A stretch of 63,698 nt of DNA from an uncultured bacterium (GCA_964372875.1 CAYJTB010000006.1:1-63698), one strand, 5' to 3'; positions 30,890 to 42,688 are shown, counted from the stretch's first letter. Numbers and translations: made by a program. The notes: generated by a model not told the origin, from the letters alone.

Positions 30890-32497
30890 TTATCTTTTTC
30901 GTTCTTTTTCGCTCTCTTCTTCCTTGGGTTTCTCCACAATCGCACATTCGGTCGTAAGAAGGAGACCGGCGATAGAAGAAGCGTTTTCAATGGCAACCCG
31001 GACCACCTTGGTCGGATCGATGACTCCTTGCTCGGTCATATCGCCAAATTCAAGCTTCTCGGCGTTAAATCCAAAGCTTCCCTTCTCTTGAAGAACCCGG
31101 CGAACAACAACCGATCCGTCCCAACCGGCGTTTTCAGCAATCCGGCGGGCCGGCTCTTCCAAAGCCCGGCGAACAATCGCCGCACCGGTGGCTTCATCTC
31201 CGGACAGTTTTAAGTCGTTGATAGCGGAAAGAGTGCGAAGGAGCGCCACGCCGCCTCCGGGGACCGTTCCTTCTTCCACGGCAGCACGGGTCGCATGAAG
31301 CGCGTCTTCGATTCTGGCCTTCTTTTCTTTCATCTCAACTTCAGTCGCGGCCCCGACACGAACGACTGCCACGCCGCCTGAGAGTTTCGCAAGCCGCTCT
31401 TGGAGTTTTTCTTTGTCGTATTCAGAATCGGATCTTTCGATCTGCGCTCGAATTTGTTCAACGCGTGCCTTGATGTCTTTCTGAGAGCCTGCCCCGCCCA
31501 CAATGGTGGTGTTGTCTTTATCAATCACAACGCGCTGACAAGTCCCTAGCATCGTAAGTTCTATATTTTCAAGCTTGGTTCCAAGATCCTCGGAAATAAA
31601 TTTACCCTTGGTGAGAATCGCCAAATCTTCAAGCATCTCTTTACGCCGATCACCAAAACCCGGTGCTTTAATCGCGCAACAAGACAAGGTGCCGCGAAGT
31701 TTATTCACTACCAAAGTAGCGAGTGCTTCGCCTTCGATATCTTCGGCAATGATAAGCATGGGCTTGCCTGAACGTGCAGTTTGCTCAAGGACAGGAATCA
31801 GTTCCTTAATCGCGGTGATTTTTTTCTCGTAGATAAGGATGGAAGGATCTTTTAAAACACATTCCATGCGATCCGCATCCGTCACAAAATAAGGAGAAAT
31901 GTAACCGCGGTCGAACTGCATTCCTTCCACGACTTCTAATTCTGTTTTGATGGTGTTGGATTCCTCTACCGTGATGACTCCCTCTTTGCCTACTTTTTCG
32001 AGGGCCTCGGCAAGGAGTTTTCCAATGGTGGAATCATTATTAGCACTGATGGTGCCGACCGCTTCAATCTCTGATCGGCCTTTGATAGATTTGGAAATTT
32101 TCTTTAGCGCACCCACGACTGCGGCGGTGGCCTTATCGATCCCGCGTTTTAAGGCCATGGGGCTTGCCCCGGCAGTGACGTTTTTAAGGCCTTCGGTAAT
32201 AATGGACTGTGCTAGGACGGTGGCGGTGGTAGTTCCATCACCGGCTAAATCGGAAGTCTTCTCGGCCACTTCGCGGACCATCTGGGCGCCCATATTTTCA
32301 TAAGGATCTTTCAAATCGATTTCTTTTGCAACACTGACACCGTCTTTGGTGATGAGCGGTGCTCCGAACTTGCGTTCAAGCACAACATTTCTACCTCGCG
32401 GGCCGAGAGTCACACCCACCGTTTTGGCTAAAAGATCCACGCCTTTTTTTAATTTGGCGCGCGCCTCTTCGGCGTAACTAATTTGTTTTGCTGGCAT
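30890..32497 (-). CDS. groEL: Chaperonin GroEL paralogue B (charged C-terminal tail, no GGM repeat)
   Basis: [13 protein letters not shown] and the full equatorial/apical pattern. Tail ...[14 protein letters not shown]. Confidence 0.95.
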   Translation of the reverse strand: MPAKQISYAEEARAKLKKGVDLLAKTVGVTLGPRGRNVVLERKFGAPLITKDGVSVAKEIDLKDPYENMGAQMVREVAEKTSDLAGDGTTTATVLAQSIITEGLKNVTAGASPMALKRGIDKATAAVVGALKKISKSIKGRSEIEAVGTISANNDSTIGKLLAEALEKVGKEGVITVEESNTIKTELEVVEGMQFDRGYISPYFVTDADRMECVLKDPSILIYEKKITAIKELIPVLEQTARSGKPMLIIAEDIEGEALATLVVNKLRGTLSCCAIKAPGFGDRRKEMLEDLAILTKGKFISEDLGTKLENIELTMLGTCQRVVIDKDNTTIVGGAGSQKDIKARVEQIRAQIERSDSEYDKEKLQERLAKLSGGVAVVRVGAATEVEMKEKKARIEDALHATRAAVEEGTVPGGGVALLRTLSAINDLKLSGDEATGAAIVRRALEEPARRIAENAGWDGSVVVRRVLQEKGSFGFNAEKLEFGDMTEQGVIDPTKVVRVAIENASSIAGLLLTTECAIVEKPKEEESEKERKR

Positions 32498-32512
32498 ATT
32501 TTTATCTCCCGA

Positions 32513-32806
32513 TTATTCTTTTTCGAAGATGGCGAGGATTTCGCTTTCTTTCAAAACTTTGTGCTTTTTTCCGTCGATAAGGATTTCATCTCCGGCGTAT
32601 TTGCCAAAGATCACGCGATCACCTCTTTTGACTTCGACGGGCTGAACTTTGCCGGATTCTAAAACCTTGCCTGAACCCACGGAGATGACTTTGCCTTCGG
32701 TCTTCTCTTCTTTCGCGGTATCGGGAAGAATGATTCCGCCTTTTGTCTTTTCTTCAGCTTCCAAAACTTCTACGAGAACTTTGTCGCCAAGAGGACGAAC
32801 TTTCAT
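32513..32806 (-). CDS. groES: Co-chaperonin GroES
   Basis: MKVRPLGDKVLV... Start set to the ATG at 32806, 7 nt after GGAGGG. The longest ORF starts at 32833. Confidence 0.95.
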   Translation of the reverse strand: MKVRPLGDKVLVEVLEAEEKTKGGIILPDTAKEEKTEGKVISVGSGKVLESGKVQPVEVKRGDRVIFGKYAGDEILIDGKKHKVLKESEILAIFEKE

Positions 32807-32851
32807 TGAGGTACCCTCCATTGTATTTTTCATTTTAAAGAACTCCTTTTA

Positions 32852-34516
<1,665 letters not shown>

Positions 34517-34561
34517 TTATTTCAAAAATTAAGGTTGGGTAAACCTACCTATATAAGCCAA

Positions 34562-34588
34562 CTGGCACTCTAATTATCCGAGTGCTAG
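34562..34588 (-). promoter_or_regulatory. CIRCE operator (HrcA binding site)
   Basis: CTAGCACTC-N9-GAGTGCCAG on the minus strand, versus consensus TTAGCACTC-N9-GAGTGCTAA. It sits between the promoter and the first groEL. Confidence 0.75.
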
Positions 34589-34593
34589 GCGCT

Positions 34594-34621
34594 ATTGTAT
34601 TTTATTGGCCCAGGAAATCAA
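34594..34621 (-). promoter_or_regulatory. Putative groE promoter
   Basis: TTGATT (overlaps the coaX stop), 16-nt spacer, TACAAT. The predicted TSS falls in the first CIRCE arm, as in B. subtilis groE. Confidence 0.45.
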
Positions 34622-35385
34622 GATATTTTTTGCTCTTCTTCCAAGGCGAGTGCGAGGCCTCGGAGAGTAAGAGTGGGGTCGGCAACATCAATAAGGCGTG
34701 CGTGGCGCGCTATCGTCTTGGCAAAACCGCCTGTGGCAACGACTCTCAGCCGTTTTCCATATTGTTTCTTGAAACGCTCAATGAGTCCGTCCGTCATGGC
34801 GGCATAGCCTTGAAGGATGCCTGCCTTCATGCCCGAGACAGTGTCCCTCCCTAAGGAAGGCTTAAAGTCCATGGGGAACTTTAGCTTGGGTAGAAGGGCT
34901 GTTTTTTGACCCAACGCCTCAAAGGAGATTCCGGGTCCAGGAATGATGAGGCCTCCTAGAAAGATTCCTCGGGGGGATACATAGTCACAGGTAATGGCGG
35001 TTCCATAATCAAATATAAGTAATGGTTTTCCAAATAACCGCACACCGGCGTATAGATTAATGAGCCTATCCGAACCTAACTTATTTATATTAATATAGTT
35101 GTGTTCTATTTTTACTTTTAAATTATCCCCCACTACCCATACCCTGGCAACCTTTTGCCTTCGTATTACTTTAATTAAATTAGGTGTCATTTTTGGGACG
35201 ACAGATGATATTACTACATTGTTAAATGGGAAAGTCATAGTTTTTTTCATCAATACTGATAGTCTTAATGGGAAATCATTTGTTTGGCATCGGAAGCTTT
35301 TGACTAGTCTTCTCTTCTGATAGAAACCATAGCTCGTAGAGGTATTTCCCACATCAATCACTAGGCTAGTCATGTCTTTTTTCAT
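34618..35385 (-). CDS. coaX: Type III pantothenate kinase
   Basis: LVIDVGNTST, GSDRLIN and DYGTAIT motifs, 255 aa. Confidence 0.9.
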   Translation of the reverse strand: MKKDMTSLVIDVGNTSTSYGFYQKRRLVKSFRCQTNDFPLRLSVLMKKTMTFPFNNVVISSVVPKMTPNLIKVIRRQKVARVWVVGDNLKVKIEHNYININKLGSDRLINLYAGVRLFGKPLLIFDYGTAITCDYVSPRGIFLGGLIIPGPGISFEALGQKTALLPKLKFPMDFKPSLGRDTVSGMKAGILQGYAAMTDGLIERFKKQYGKRLRVVATGGFAKTIARHARLIDVADPTLTLRGLALALEEEQKIS

Positions 35386-35912
35386 TCGATCCCCTTTAGG
35401 TCCAATGTGAGGCGATCTAGGATTTCTTGGAGGAGTACCGTCTTGGCTTGTTTCTTACCCGTCTCTTCCAACAGAGAGGTTGCCCCCGGAACGAGCTCTT
35501 TAAAGGCTGAGTTAACGTTGAGCCCCACGCCGATGGCTAAAGCATCCAGCTTTCCACTAGCCCGTCCTTTGGCCTCGATCAGTACGCCGCAAATTTTTTT
35601 GCCGCGTACCAAAAGATCATTAGGCCGTTTAAACGTAAGAGGTAAATCAAACTTGTCCTTCAATACTTTGGCGACACTGCGGCAAACGGTCTGCGTCAGA
35701 AGCGGGGCCTCGGATGCTTTGAGCTTGGATCTCATCAAAATAGAGAAAAGGAGATTTTTCCCTTTGAGGCTTTCCCATTTCCTGCCCCATTTGCCTCTTC
35801 CATCGGTCTGATAATCCGCTACAAAAACAGAACCCGAGGGCGCCTCCTTATCGGCGTAACGAAAGGCGACGCTATTCGTGGAATCGATTTTTTTAAAACG
35901 AACGATTTTCAA
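35382..35912 (-). CDS. birA: Biotin-protein ligase catalytic domain (short, no C-terminal domain)
   Basis: KIDSTNS...QTDGRGKWGRKW (GRGRxGRxW variant) and KRPNDL. Only 176 aa. 4-nt overlap with coaX. Confidence 0.8.
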   Translation of the reverse strand: MKIVRFKKIDSTNSVAFRYADKEAPSGSVFVADYQTDGRGKWGRKWESLKGKNLLFSILMRSKLKASEAPLLTQTVCRSVAKVLKDKFDLPLTFKRPNDLLVRGKKICGVLIEAKGRASGKLDALAIGVGLNVNSAFKELVPGATSLLEETGKKQAKTVLLQEILDRLTLDLKGIE

Positions 35913-35923
35913 GGCAAAACCTA

Positions 35924-37108
35924 TCAGGAATTGACAGTCTTGAGTGGAGATTCTGGAAGAGGATTTTGATAATAACGGGCAATGCCCGGATCAAGACGCG
36001 TCACGATTTCGTAAGGAATTGTCGTGGCAGCCAAGGCCATATCTTCGGCTTTGATTTGAGCTTGATGGGAGGCTCCGATCAAAACCACTTCATCGCCTAT
36101 TTGCGCCTCCGTGGCCGAACCCAAATCAATCATCATAGAATCCATGCAAATTCGCCCGGCGGTGCGGTATTTCTTTCCCCGGTAAAGCACCTCGCCTTTT
36201 CCGGAAAGGTGAAAAGGAATTCCGTGCGCGTAACCCGCAGGGACAACTGCAATGGTGCCGGACACTTTGGCCACAAAGGCCCTTCCATACCCTACAGAGT
36301 CCCCCGCCTGGACACGTTTCAAAGAAATGATGCGAGTCTTAAGACTAAGCGCGGGCTCAATTTTGATTTCTCCTTCCAAAGATCTGTCGGGATAAATGCC
36401 GTAGAGGGAAAGTCCCGGCCTTACCAAATTAAGATGGGCGGATTTAAACCGCAGTGCCCCGGCGCTATTGGCCGCGTGGCGTATTGCAAAAGTAATCTTT
36501 TTTCTCCTGAGACTCTGGATAAGGTCCTCAAAATCCTTCAGTTGTTTTTCCCCGAAGGCATCCAGGCGTTCCGCTGTGGGAAAATGGGTATAAATTCCCT
36601 CAAAACGAATTCCCGGTAAACCGGCCACCTTCTCAATCTCGGACAAGGCCTGGGTCAACGGGATCCCAAGCCGTCCCATCCCGGTATCTACCTTGATATG
36701 AACGGGTGTTTTCTTAGAAAGCCGGACCGATTCCTTGGAGATATTCTTGGCCTCTTCCAGACTCGAGACGGTCAAGATCAGATTCATCTGTAACGCCAAA
36801 GGAATTTGATCCGTGAGGAGACGGCCAAAAAGAAATAAGGGTGTTGTGATCGCTTGCTCACGCAAGATGGAAGCTTCTTTTAGCGAGCCGAGTCCAAGAA
36901 AATCCACCTTTGCCTGGAGGGCTTTTGCTACAGGAACCAGTCCGTGACCATAGCCATTGGCTTTGATGACGGCCATGATCTTTGTGAAGGGGCGGATTTT
37001 AAGACGAAGTTCCTCGAGATTATTAAGGATGCGGCCTAAGTGGACTTCGATCCATAGTGTTTCCTGGGACGATACACGGATCGGTGTCGAAGTAGTTTCA
37101 AGCGCCAT
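35924..37108 (-). CDS. alr: Alanine racemase
   Basis: PLP-lysine motif AVIKANGYGHG, 394 aa. Confidence 0.9.
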   Translation of the reverse strand: MALETTSTPIRVSSQETLWIEVHLGRILNNLEELRLKIRPFTKIMAVIKANGYGHGLVPVAKALQAKVDFLGLGSLKEASILREQAITTPLFLFGRLLTDQIPLALQMNLILTVSSLEEAKNISKESVRLSKKTPVHIKVDTGMGRLGIPLTQALSEIEKVAGLPGIRFEGIYTHFPTAERLDAFGEKQLKDFEDLIQSLRRKKITFAIRHAANSAGALRFKSAHLNLVRPGLSLYGIYPDRSLEGEIKIEPALSLKTRIISLKRVQAGDSVGYGRAFVAKVSGTIAVVPAGYAHGIPFHLSGKGEVLYRGKKYRTAGRICMDSMMIDLGSATEAQIGDEVVLIGASHQAQIKAEDMALAATTIPYEIVTRLDPGIARYYQNPLPESPLKTVNS

Positions 37109-37826
37109 GGGTGATCAAACTCCTTCTCTTTTCTTCGGCCTCTGAAGCGCGAAAATAAAGAGGTAAAAAGTCCTCAGACTTTTTGAGAGGCACAAGACGC
37201 GCATCACCTGCTTGATACCATTTCACGAGGATGGCGGCGGTTGGATACCAAAATTTAGGGGAAAGAAAACGATCGGATTGGAAAAGTTTTTCGAAGTGGG
37301 CTTTGTAGCGATCAAGTGCGTCTCCTGCAAGAAAAGTTTTTTCCCGGGCCAAAGACTTGAGTTGATCGAGTGAAAGCAATTTGGGTCCTTCCTGAGGAGC
37401 CCAATCGCCGCCTTGATGGGAATACATACGCACATAAAGTACGTCGCGCCTGGCATCCATCACCACCCCCAATTCCGAGTTTTCAGGAATTGAGAGTTTG
37501 CGGTTGGGGGCTACATTGGCTGCAATCATATCCAAACTCAAGGCCCCGTAGCAAGGAATTTTACGGACTGCTAGAAGCCCCTTAAGGAAACTAAAGCCGA
37601 TCCGAAGACCCGTGAAAGAGCCGGGGCCTTGGTCGATTACAAAGGCATCGATTTTGTCTAAACTGAGCCCCCCCTGCTTCAGCAATTGATCCATCAGTGT
37701 GATTAAATTCTCGGAATGTTTGAGCGGGCTTTTGGAGCGAAGTTCCCGTGCGTTTCCCCGGGCACCGATCGCCACGCTTAAATAAGGACTGGATGTTTCA
37801 AAGGCCAGGACTGTTTTATTTTTCAC
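37098..37826 (-). CDS. tsaB: tRNA t6A biosynthesis protein TsaB
   Basis: LAFETSSPYLSVAI N-terminus and ASKHA fold. Adjacent to tsaE. Confidence 0.85.
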   Translation of the reverse strand: MKNKTVLAFETSSPYLSVAIGARGNARELRSKSPLKHSENLITLMDQLLKQGGLSLDKIDAFVIDQGPGSFTGLRIGFSFLKGLLAVRKIPCYGALSLDMIAANVAPNRKLSIPENSELGVVMDARRDVLYVRMYSHQGGDWAPQEGPKLLSLDQLKSLAREKTFLAGDALDRYKAHFEKLFQSDRFLSPKFWYPTAAILVKWYQAGDARLVPLKKSEDFLPLYFRASEAEEKRRSLITHGA

Positions 37827-38301
37827 TGATTTTTATCCGCCGCGATGTGGAGCCCGTTGATTCGATCTCCACCCAAAGAGAATCCTGAGGAATTTTTTTT
37901 CCTGCCCGGTCCGCCCACTCCACCAAGGCAACGGATTCGGGGTTCGCGAGAAAATCTTCGAAGCCGATATCTTCAAGCGCTCTTTCTTCTTCTAAACGGT
38001 AGAGATCAAAATGATGAATGAGACAGCGGCCTTCATAGAGATGAAGCAAAACAAACGTGGGGCTTTTGACTTCATCCGGATTTTTAACGCCCATGCCCCG
38101 CGAAAGCCCCTTGATGAAAACAGTTTTGCCGGCTCCGATCTCACCTTTTAAAGCCACCACGGTCCCGGGAGCCAATTGTTTTCCTATTTTTTCTCCCAGC
38201 TGAAGCGTCTGTTTTTCAGAATTTGTGGAATAGGTCCTTAGAAATGACTGAATCCCTTTTTGTGAAACCAAAGCTTGGTCCTTTTTCCTTTCTTCTGCCA
38301 T
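37816..38301 (-). CDS. tsaE: tRNA t6A biosynthesis ATPase TsaE
   Basis: Walker A GEIGAGKT. The longest ORF overlaps thiL by 64 nt. A TTG at 38271 behind AAGGA is an alternative start. Confidence 0.85.
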   Translation of the reverse strand: MAEERKKDQALVSQKGIQSFLRTYSTNSEKQTLQLGEKIGKQLAPGTVVALKGEIGAGKTVFIKGLSRGMGVKNPDEVKSPTFVLLHLYEGRCLIHHFDLYRLEEERALEDIGFEDFLANPESVALVEWADRAGKKIPQDSLWVEIESTGSTSRRIKISEK

Positions 38302-39182
38302 TCGATCTTTCCGACATGCGAATCAATCACTCCAATGGGTGTAAGACGTACGTCCGGGAAGCGGCTTTTCCACTCTTTTTCCAGATGCTTTGCCGCGTTG
38401 CGGGAAAGGGTAAACAAAAGCTCGAAATCCTCGCCGTCGGTTAAGGCGTATTCCAATGCCTTTTGGGCGTTATCCTTACTTTTTTTACGCGCAGCTTGGG
38501 AGATGGGAATCTTGGCTAATTCTAGTCTTGCCCCTTTTTTTGAAGAGGTCAAAATATGGCCCAGATCCTGAATCAAACCATCGGAAAGATCAATCATGGC
38601 GCTGGGCCGAAACTTTTCTGCGAGGTAGAGCCCTTCCGGGACTCGGGGCATGAAGTTCAGCTGCCTTCCTAGAATGGATCCGCCCAAATCTCCAGTCACA
38701 TAAATAAAATCGCCCGCTTTTGCGCCGTTTCGCTTCACAATCTTCTTAGGTTTTTGTTCTCCTAAGATCGCAACGGAAACAAAAAATTTTTGAGACCGTG
38801 TGATGTCGCCGCCCACCCACTTCGTTTTAAATTTTTTGGCGAGATCCACCATGCCTTTGGCGACTCGCTCCACCGACTTTTCGGAAAAATTCTTGGGAAT
38901 TCCGATCGCCGCGATAAAAGCAAGAGGCCTCGCGCCCATGGCTGCGATATCACTTAAATTAACCGCGAGCGCCTTATGGCCGATCGCTTCGGGCCGTGCT
39001 CCTTTTTTTCCCAAAAGAAAATCCACACCTTCCACAATGACATCCGTGGAAAAGAGCAAAGATTTTCCGGAAGAAAGGGGAAGGATCGCCGCATCGTCTC
39101 CGATGGGAAATGGGCCTTGAACGCGACGCGGTATGAGAGATTTTAATCGCTCGATCAGCCGGAACTCGCCAGACGAAGTCAT
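38238..39182 (-). CDS. thiL: Thiamine-monophosphate kinase
   Basis: GEFRLIERL...GDDAAIL N-terminus; AIR-synthase-like fold. Confidence 0.85.
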   Translation of the reverse strand: MTSSGEFRLIERLKSLIPRRVQGPFPIGDDAAILPLSSGKSLLFSTDVIVEGVDFLLGKKGARPEAIGHKALAVNLSDIAAMGARPLAFIAAIGIPKNFSEKSVERVAKGMVDLAKKFKTKWVGGDITRSQKFFVSVAILGEQKPKKIVKRNGAKAGDFIYVTGDLGGSILGRQLNFMPRVPEGLYLAEKFRPSAMIDLSDGLIQDLGHILTSSKKGARLELAKIPISQAARKKSKDNAQKALEYALTDGEDFELLFTLSRNAAKHLEKEWKSRFPDVRLTPIGVIDSHVGKIEWQKKGKRTKLWFHKKGFSHF

Positions 39183-40222
39183 TGCGAGGGATCCTTCAAT
39201 ACTCTTAAATTTTTTTTATAGGGAGGCTCGATGATTCCTTTTTCTGTAAAGAAGGCAGTGATGAGTTCGTGCGGTGTCACATCAAAGGCGGGATTCCACA
39301 CTTTAATTCCGCGCGGTGCGGTCCTTTTTCCAAATCCCTCCGTGACCTCTTCGGGTTTGCGCGACTCAATAGGAATCCCGGCGCCCGAGGCGATGGAGGC
39401 GTCAAAGGTAGAACTGGGGGCTGCGATATAAAAAGGAATTTTGTGGGCCTTGGCCAAAAGCGCGATGGAATAGGTCCCGATTTTGTTGGCCGTATCGCCA
39501 TTGGCCACGATACGGTCCGCTCCGACCACCACCCTTTGAATCTTTCCTTGGCGCATGAGACTGGCAACCACAGAATCACAAATGAGCGTGCAAGGGATTC
39601 CTGATTTTGAAAGTTCCCATGCGGTGAGGCGCGCTCCTTGAAGCAGGGGCCGGGTCTCGGTGGCATAGACAGAAAATTTTTTGCCTTTTTCTTTGAGCGT
39701 ATAGAAAATGGCGAGCGCAGTTCCATATCCAGAAGTGGCAAGCCCGCCTGCATTGCAATGCGTTAAAACAGAATCTCCTTCTTTAAAAAGCTCGGAGCCG
39801 TGACGCCCGATCAAACGGCAAAGCGATTCATCTTCCTTTTGAATTTGTTTAGCCTCTTTTAAAATCAAATCCTTCAATTGTTTGACCGAGGCTCTTTTTT
39901 CGTGCGCCACTTTATTCTCGATCCGCCGGACGGCCCACGAAAGATTGACGGCGGTGGGCCTCGCTTCACGAACAAGCTTTGCCTTTTCTTTAAAGACCTT
40001 GGTAAATTTTTCGCAAGAGCCCTCAAAATCCCGCACACCCAGATAGAGTCCGTAAGCCCCGGCAATTCCGATGGCCGGGGCCCCGCGGATCACCATTTCC
40101 TTAATGGCGCTCACCACGTTTTCAGCACGGTTACAGACAAGCCACTTTTCTTTTCCTGGAAGAAGGCGCTGATCAAGAAGCTTTAATTGATTGTCCTTAA
40201 AAACAAGCGGCGGAAAAGACAT
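39179..40222 (-). CDS. mtnA: S-methyl-5-thioribose-1-phosphate isomerase (eIF-2B family)
   Basis: LKLLDQRLLPGKE...IRGAPAIGIAGAYG, typical of MtnA. 347 aa. Confidence 0.8.
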   Translation of the reverse strand: MSFPPLVFKDNQLKLLDQRLLPGKEKWLVCNRAENVVSAIKEMVIRGAPAIGIAGAYGLYLGVRDFEGSCEKFTKVFKEKAKLVREARPTAVNLSWAVRRIENKVAHEKRASVKQLKDLILKEAKQIQKEDESLCRLIGRHGSELFKEGDSVLTHCNAGGLATSGYGTALAIFYTLKEKGKKFSVYATETRPLLQGARLTAWELSKSGIPCTLICDSVVASLMRQGKIQRVVVGADRIVANGDTANKIGTYSIALLAKAHKIPFYIAAPSSTFDASIASGAGIPIESRKPEEVTEGFGKRTAPRGIKVWNPAFDVTPHELITAFFTEKGIIEPPYKKNLRVLKDPSQ

Positions 40223-40843
40223 TTAAACAATGACCTCCGGGACACCTAACAGCCGGCACATTAATCTGATAAACGGAAGAATGATGCCGTACAATCCTCC
40301 GGTTAAATAAAGGACCATCACGATCGCAAAACCAAATGGCTCAAGGCGGATATAATACCTGGCCAAGGGCGCCGGGAGAAGCCCTGTTAAAATCCGGGAT
40401 CCGTCCAAAGGCGGGATCGGAACCAGGTTAAAAACCCCAATCCCGATATTGAAATAGATCGCATAAAGGATAAATTCGTACGGCCAAAACCTAAAAAGAA
40501 AAGTCAAGACTAGGGCAATCACAAAGTTGGCCAAAGGACCCGCAGCTCCCACAAAAATCATATCCCTTTTCGGATTCCTCAAATTGAGAAAATTGACAGG
40601 CACCGGCTTCGCCATCCCCATCGCAAACCTGCCGTGAGTAGAAATAAAAAGCATCAAAGGAAGAAAAACCGTCCAAAAGGGATCGATGTGCTTTAAGGGA
40701 TTGATCGTAAGCCTTCCCGCATCTTTGGCGGTGTTATCCCCCAACTGATGAGCCAAAAGGCCGTGACAGTATTCGTGAAACGTGACGGACATTAAAAAAA
40801 TAAAAATCCCTAGAAGGATATAAAAAGGCCCCGCGAGATCCAT
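40223..40843 (-). CDS. Site-2 protease family (M50) membrane metalloprotease
   Basis: HEYCHG (HExxH) in a TM helix, polytopic, 206 aa. Confidence 0.8.
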   Translation of the reverse strand: MDLAGPFYILLGIFIFLMSVTFHEYCHGLLAHQLGDNTAKDAGRLTINPLKHIDPFWTVFLPLMLFISTHGRFAMGMAKPVPVNFLNLRNPKRDMIFVGAAGPLANFVIALVLTFLFRFWPYEFILYAIYFNIGIGVFNLVPIPPLDGSRILTGLLPAPLARYYIRLEPFGFAIVMVLYLTGGLYGIILPFIRLMCRLLGVPEVIV

Positions 40844-40850
40844 AAACTCT

Positions 40851-41924
40851 TTAAGGCATCCCTTTCATCAAATCTTTTGCGAGGAAAAAATAGAGAATAA
40901 AAATGGAGTTGTGGAGGATGTGAAGCGTGATGGAAGGAACAAGCGTCCCTCTTTTTTCATAAAGGTAGCCCAGAGATAGGCCCAAAATAAAAACGGGGAT
41001 AAAGGCAAAAAGGTTATTGTGAATGGCGCTGAAAAAAGCGGAACTCAACACAAGCGCCCAGCCCCTCCCCCATCTTTTTTTAAACGCAGGGTAACAAAAG
41101 CCACGGAAAAATATTTCTTCTAAAAAAGGGCCGACCACGCAGGCTAAAAAAATGGAATAGGCAATGACGCCCGGTGACTTCTCTTTTTCTAAGAAGACTT
41201 CCACGAGAGGATGAGGAGAGGGTTCAAAAGAAAAAAGCTGCGTGATAAGGATAAGGAGCATCAGCGCTAAAGCAAAAAGAGGAATGATGGCCATATAGCC
41301 TAAGATGCCCACCCAAAAATCTTTTGCCTCCACCCCTTTAAAACCAAGATCCCGCCAGGTGGCGCCTGATTGACGGATAAAATAAATCACCAGACCGACG
41401 CATAAAAAATCTGAAAGTGTGGTGTGGAATAAAATCAAGAAATTGGGGTCCAGGCCGTGGAAAAGAAAGGTTTTAAGGGATCCCAAAACGAGGCTGATCC
41501 CCACGCTTCCCGCAATAAATAGAAGGACAGTTTTGAGGACGGCTGATAGCCCCCATTGGGCCGTCGGAGGCCCGGTCCGGGACTCAATCATCTGGCGCCA
41601 ATGGGGCTTGGTAAGCCAGCCATAATCAAGCGCCAGACCCGAGAAGAAAGTAACGATCAAAAAAAGACTGATGATTCTAAAGGCCCAATAAAGGCCGGGT
41701 CTTTCTTCCAAGTATTTTTCCAGACCGCCGGTTTCCTTAATTTTGTTTTTGAACTCTTTCTCCGTTTGTTCAAATTTTTGGAGGGTCTCGTGGGAACGGT
41801 GTTTTCTTTGTGGATCCTGCCCTTTAGCATGAATAAAGGCGAAAAGAATAAGGACCGCAGCCAAAAGAAAGGCCCATTTGGGTTCGCGGCGGAAAAAATG
41901 AATGGCGTCACGAAAAAAATTCAT
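40851..41924 (-). CDS. CPBP-family (CAAX-type) intramembrane protease
   Basis: EEIFFRGF, FSAIHN and HILHN motifs; multiple TM helices. Confidence 0.8.
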   Translation of the reverse strand: MNFFRDAIHFFRREPKWAFLLAAVLILFAFIHAKGQDPQRKHRSHETLQKFEQTEKEFKNKIKETGGLEKYLEERPGLYWAFRIISLFLIVTFFSGLALDYGWLTKPHWRQMIESRTGPPTAQWGLSAVLKTVLLFIAGSVGISLVLGSLKTFLFHGLDPNFLILFHTTLSDFLCVGLVIYFIRQSGATWRDLGFKGVEAKDFWVGILGYMAIIPLFALALMLLILITQLFSFEPSPHPLVEVFLEKEKSPGVIAYSIFLACVVGPFLEEIFFRGFCYPAFKKRWGRGWALVLSSAFFSAIHNNLFAFIPVFILGLSLGYLYEKRGTLVPSITLHILHNSIFILYFFLAKDLMKGMP

Positions 41925-42688
41925 AGCCGAAAAACTCTTTTGGCGTTTGTCGTGGTGTGAATGCCTAATTCTTCTAAGGAAATTTTTTTGATTTCAGCAC
42001 CGGTGCGGGCGGTCTCGACCATAAATCCCGATTCGTTTCTTTTTCCGCGCTGCGACTGAGGCGAAAGAAAAGGGGCGTCGGTTTCAAGGAGCACCCGGTC
42101 AAGGGGGCAGGCCCGGAAGGCCTCGCGAAGAACATCGTTTTTTTTGTAAGTCAAAGGGCCCGCGAAAGAGATGTAAAACCCCAAGTCTAGAAAATCCCTC
42201 ATCGTTTCTTTATCCGATGAAAAACAGTGCACAATACCTTGGGCGTCAGATCCCAGCTCAGATTGGATCTGCTCTTTCATTTCTTTATAGGCGTCGCGGA
42301 TGTGGAGAATGAGCGGCTTTTTGGTTTTTCGGTGAAGTTCTAGAAAACGGTTCAAAACTTTTTTCTGAATTTCAGGAGTCGATAGATTTCTGAAAAAATC
42401 CAGGCCCACCTCCCCAATCGCTACGGCCTTTGACTCATGCAAAAGCCTTTCGATCTGGGGAAAGTCATCGTCATGCGCATCTTTGGCATCATGGGGATGA
42501 ATCCCCGCGGCTGCGTAGACAAAGGGATGTTTTTGAGCGAGCTGGACGGATTGGCAGGAGCTTTCTACATCGGTGCCGACATTGATGAAAAGCTGAACCC
42601 CTGCCTGCCGGGAGCGTTCAATAACCTGTTCGCGATCTGCATCATAATCAGGAAAATGCAGATGAACGTGGGTATCAACAAAATTCAA
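41921..42688 (-). CDS. tatD: TatD-family metal-dependent hydrolase
   Basis: DTHVHL N-terminal motif, 255 aa. Follows metG as in Bacillus (metS-yabD). Confidence 0.9.
   Translation of the reverse strand: MNFVDTHVHLHFPDYDADREQVIERSRQAGVQLFINVGTDVESSCQSVQLAQKHPFVYAAAGIHPHDAKDAHDDDFPQIERLLHESKAVAIGEVGLDFFRNLSTPEIQKKVLNRFLELHRKTKKPLILHIRDAYKEMKEQIQSELGSDAQGIVHCFSSDKETMRDFLDLGFYISFAGPLTYKKNDVLREAFRACPLDRVLLETDAPFLSPQSQRGKRNESGFMVETARTGAEIKKISLEELGIHTTTNAKRVFRL

Noticed and set aside
39277-39753. 158-aa same-strand alternative-frame ORF inside mtnA.
   Set aside because: It is Pro/Ser/Arg-rich, has no motif or SD, and is embedded in a conserved gene. It is a frame artefact.
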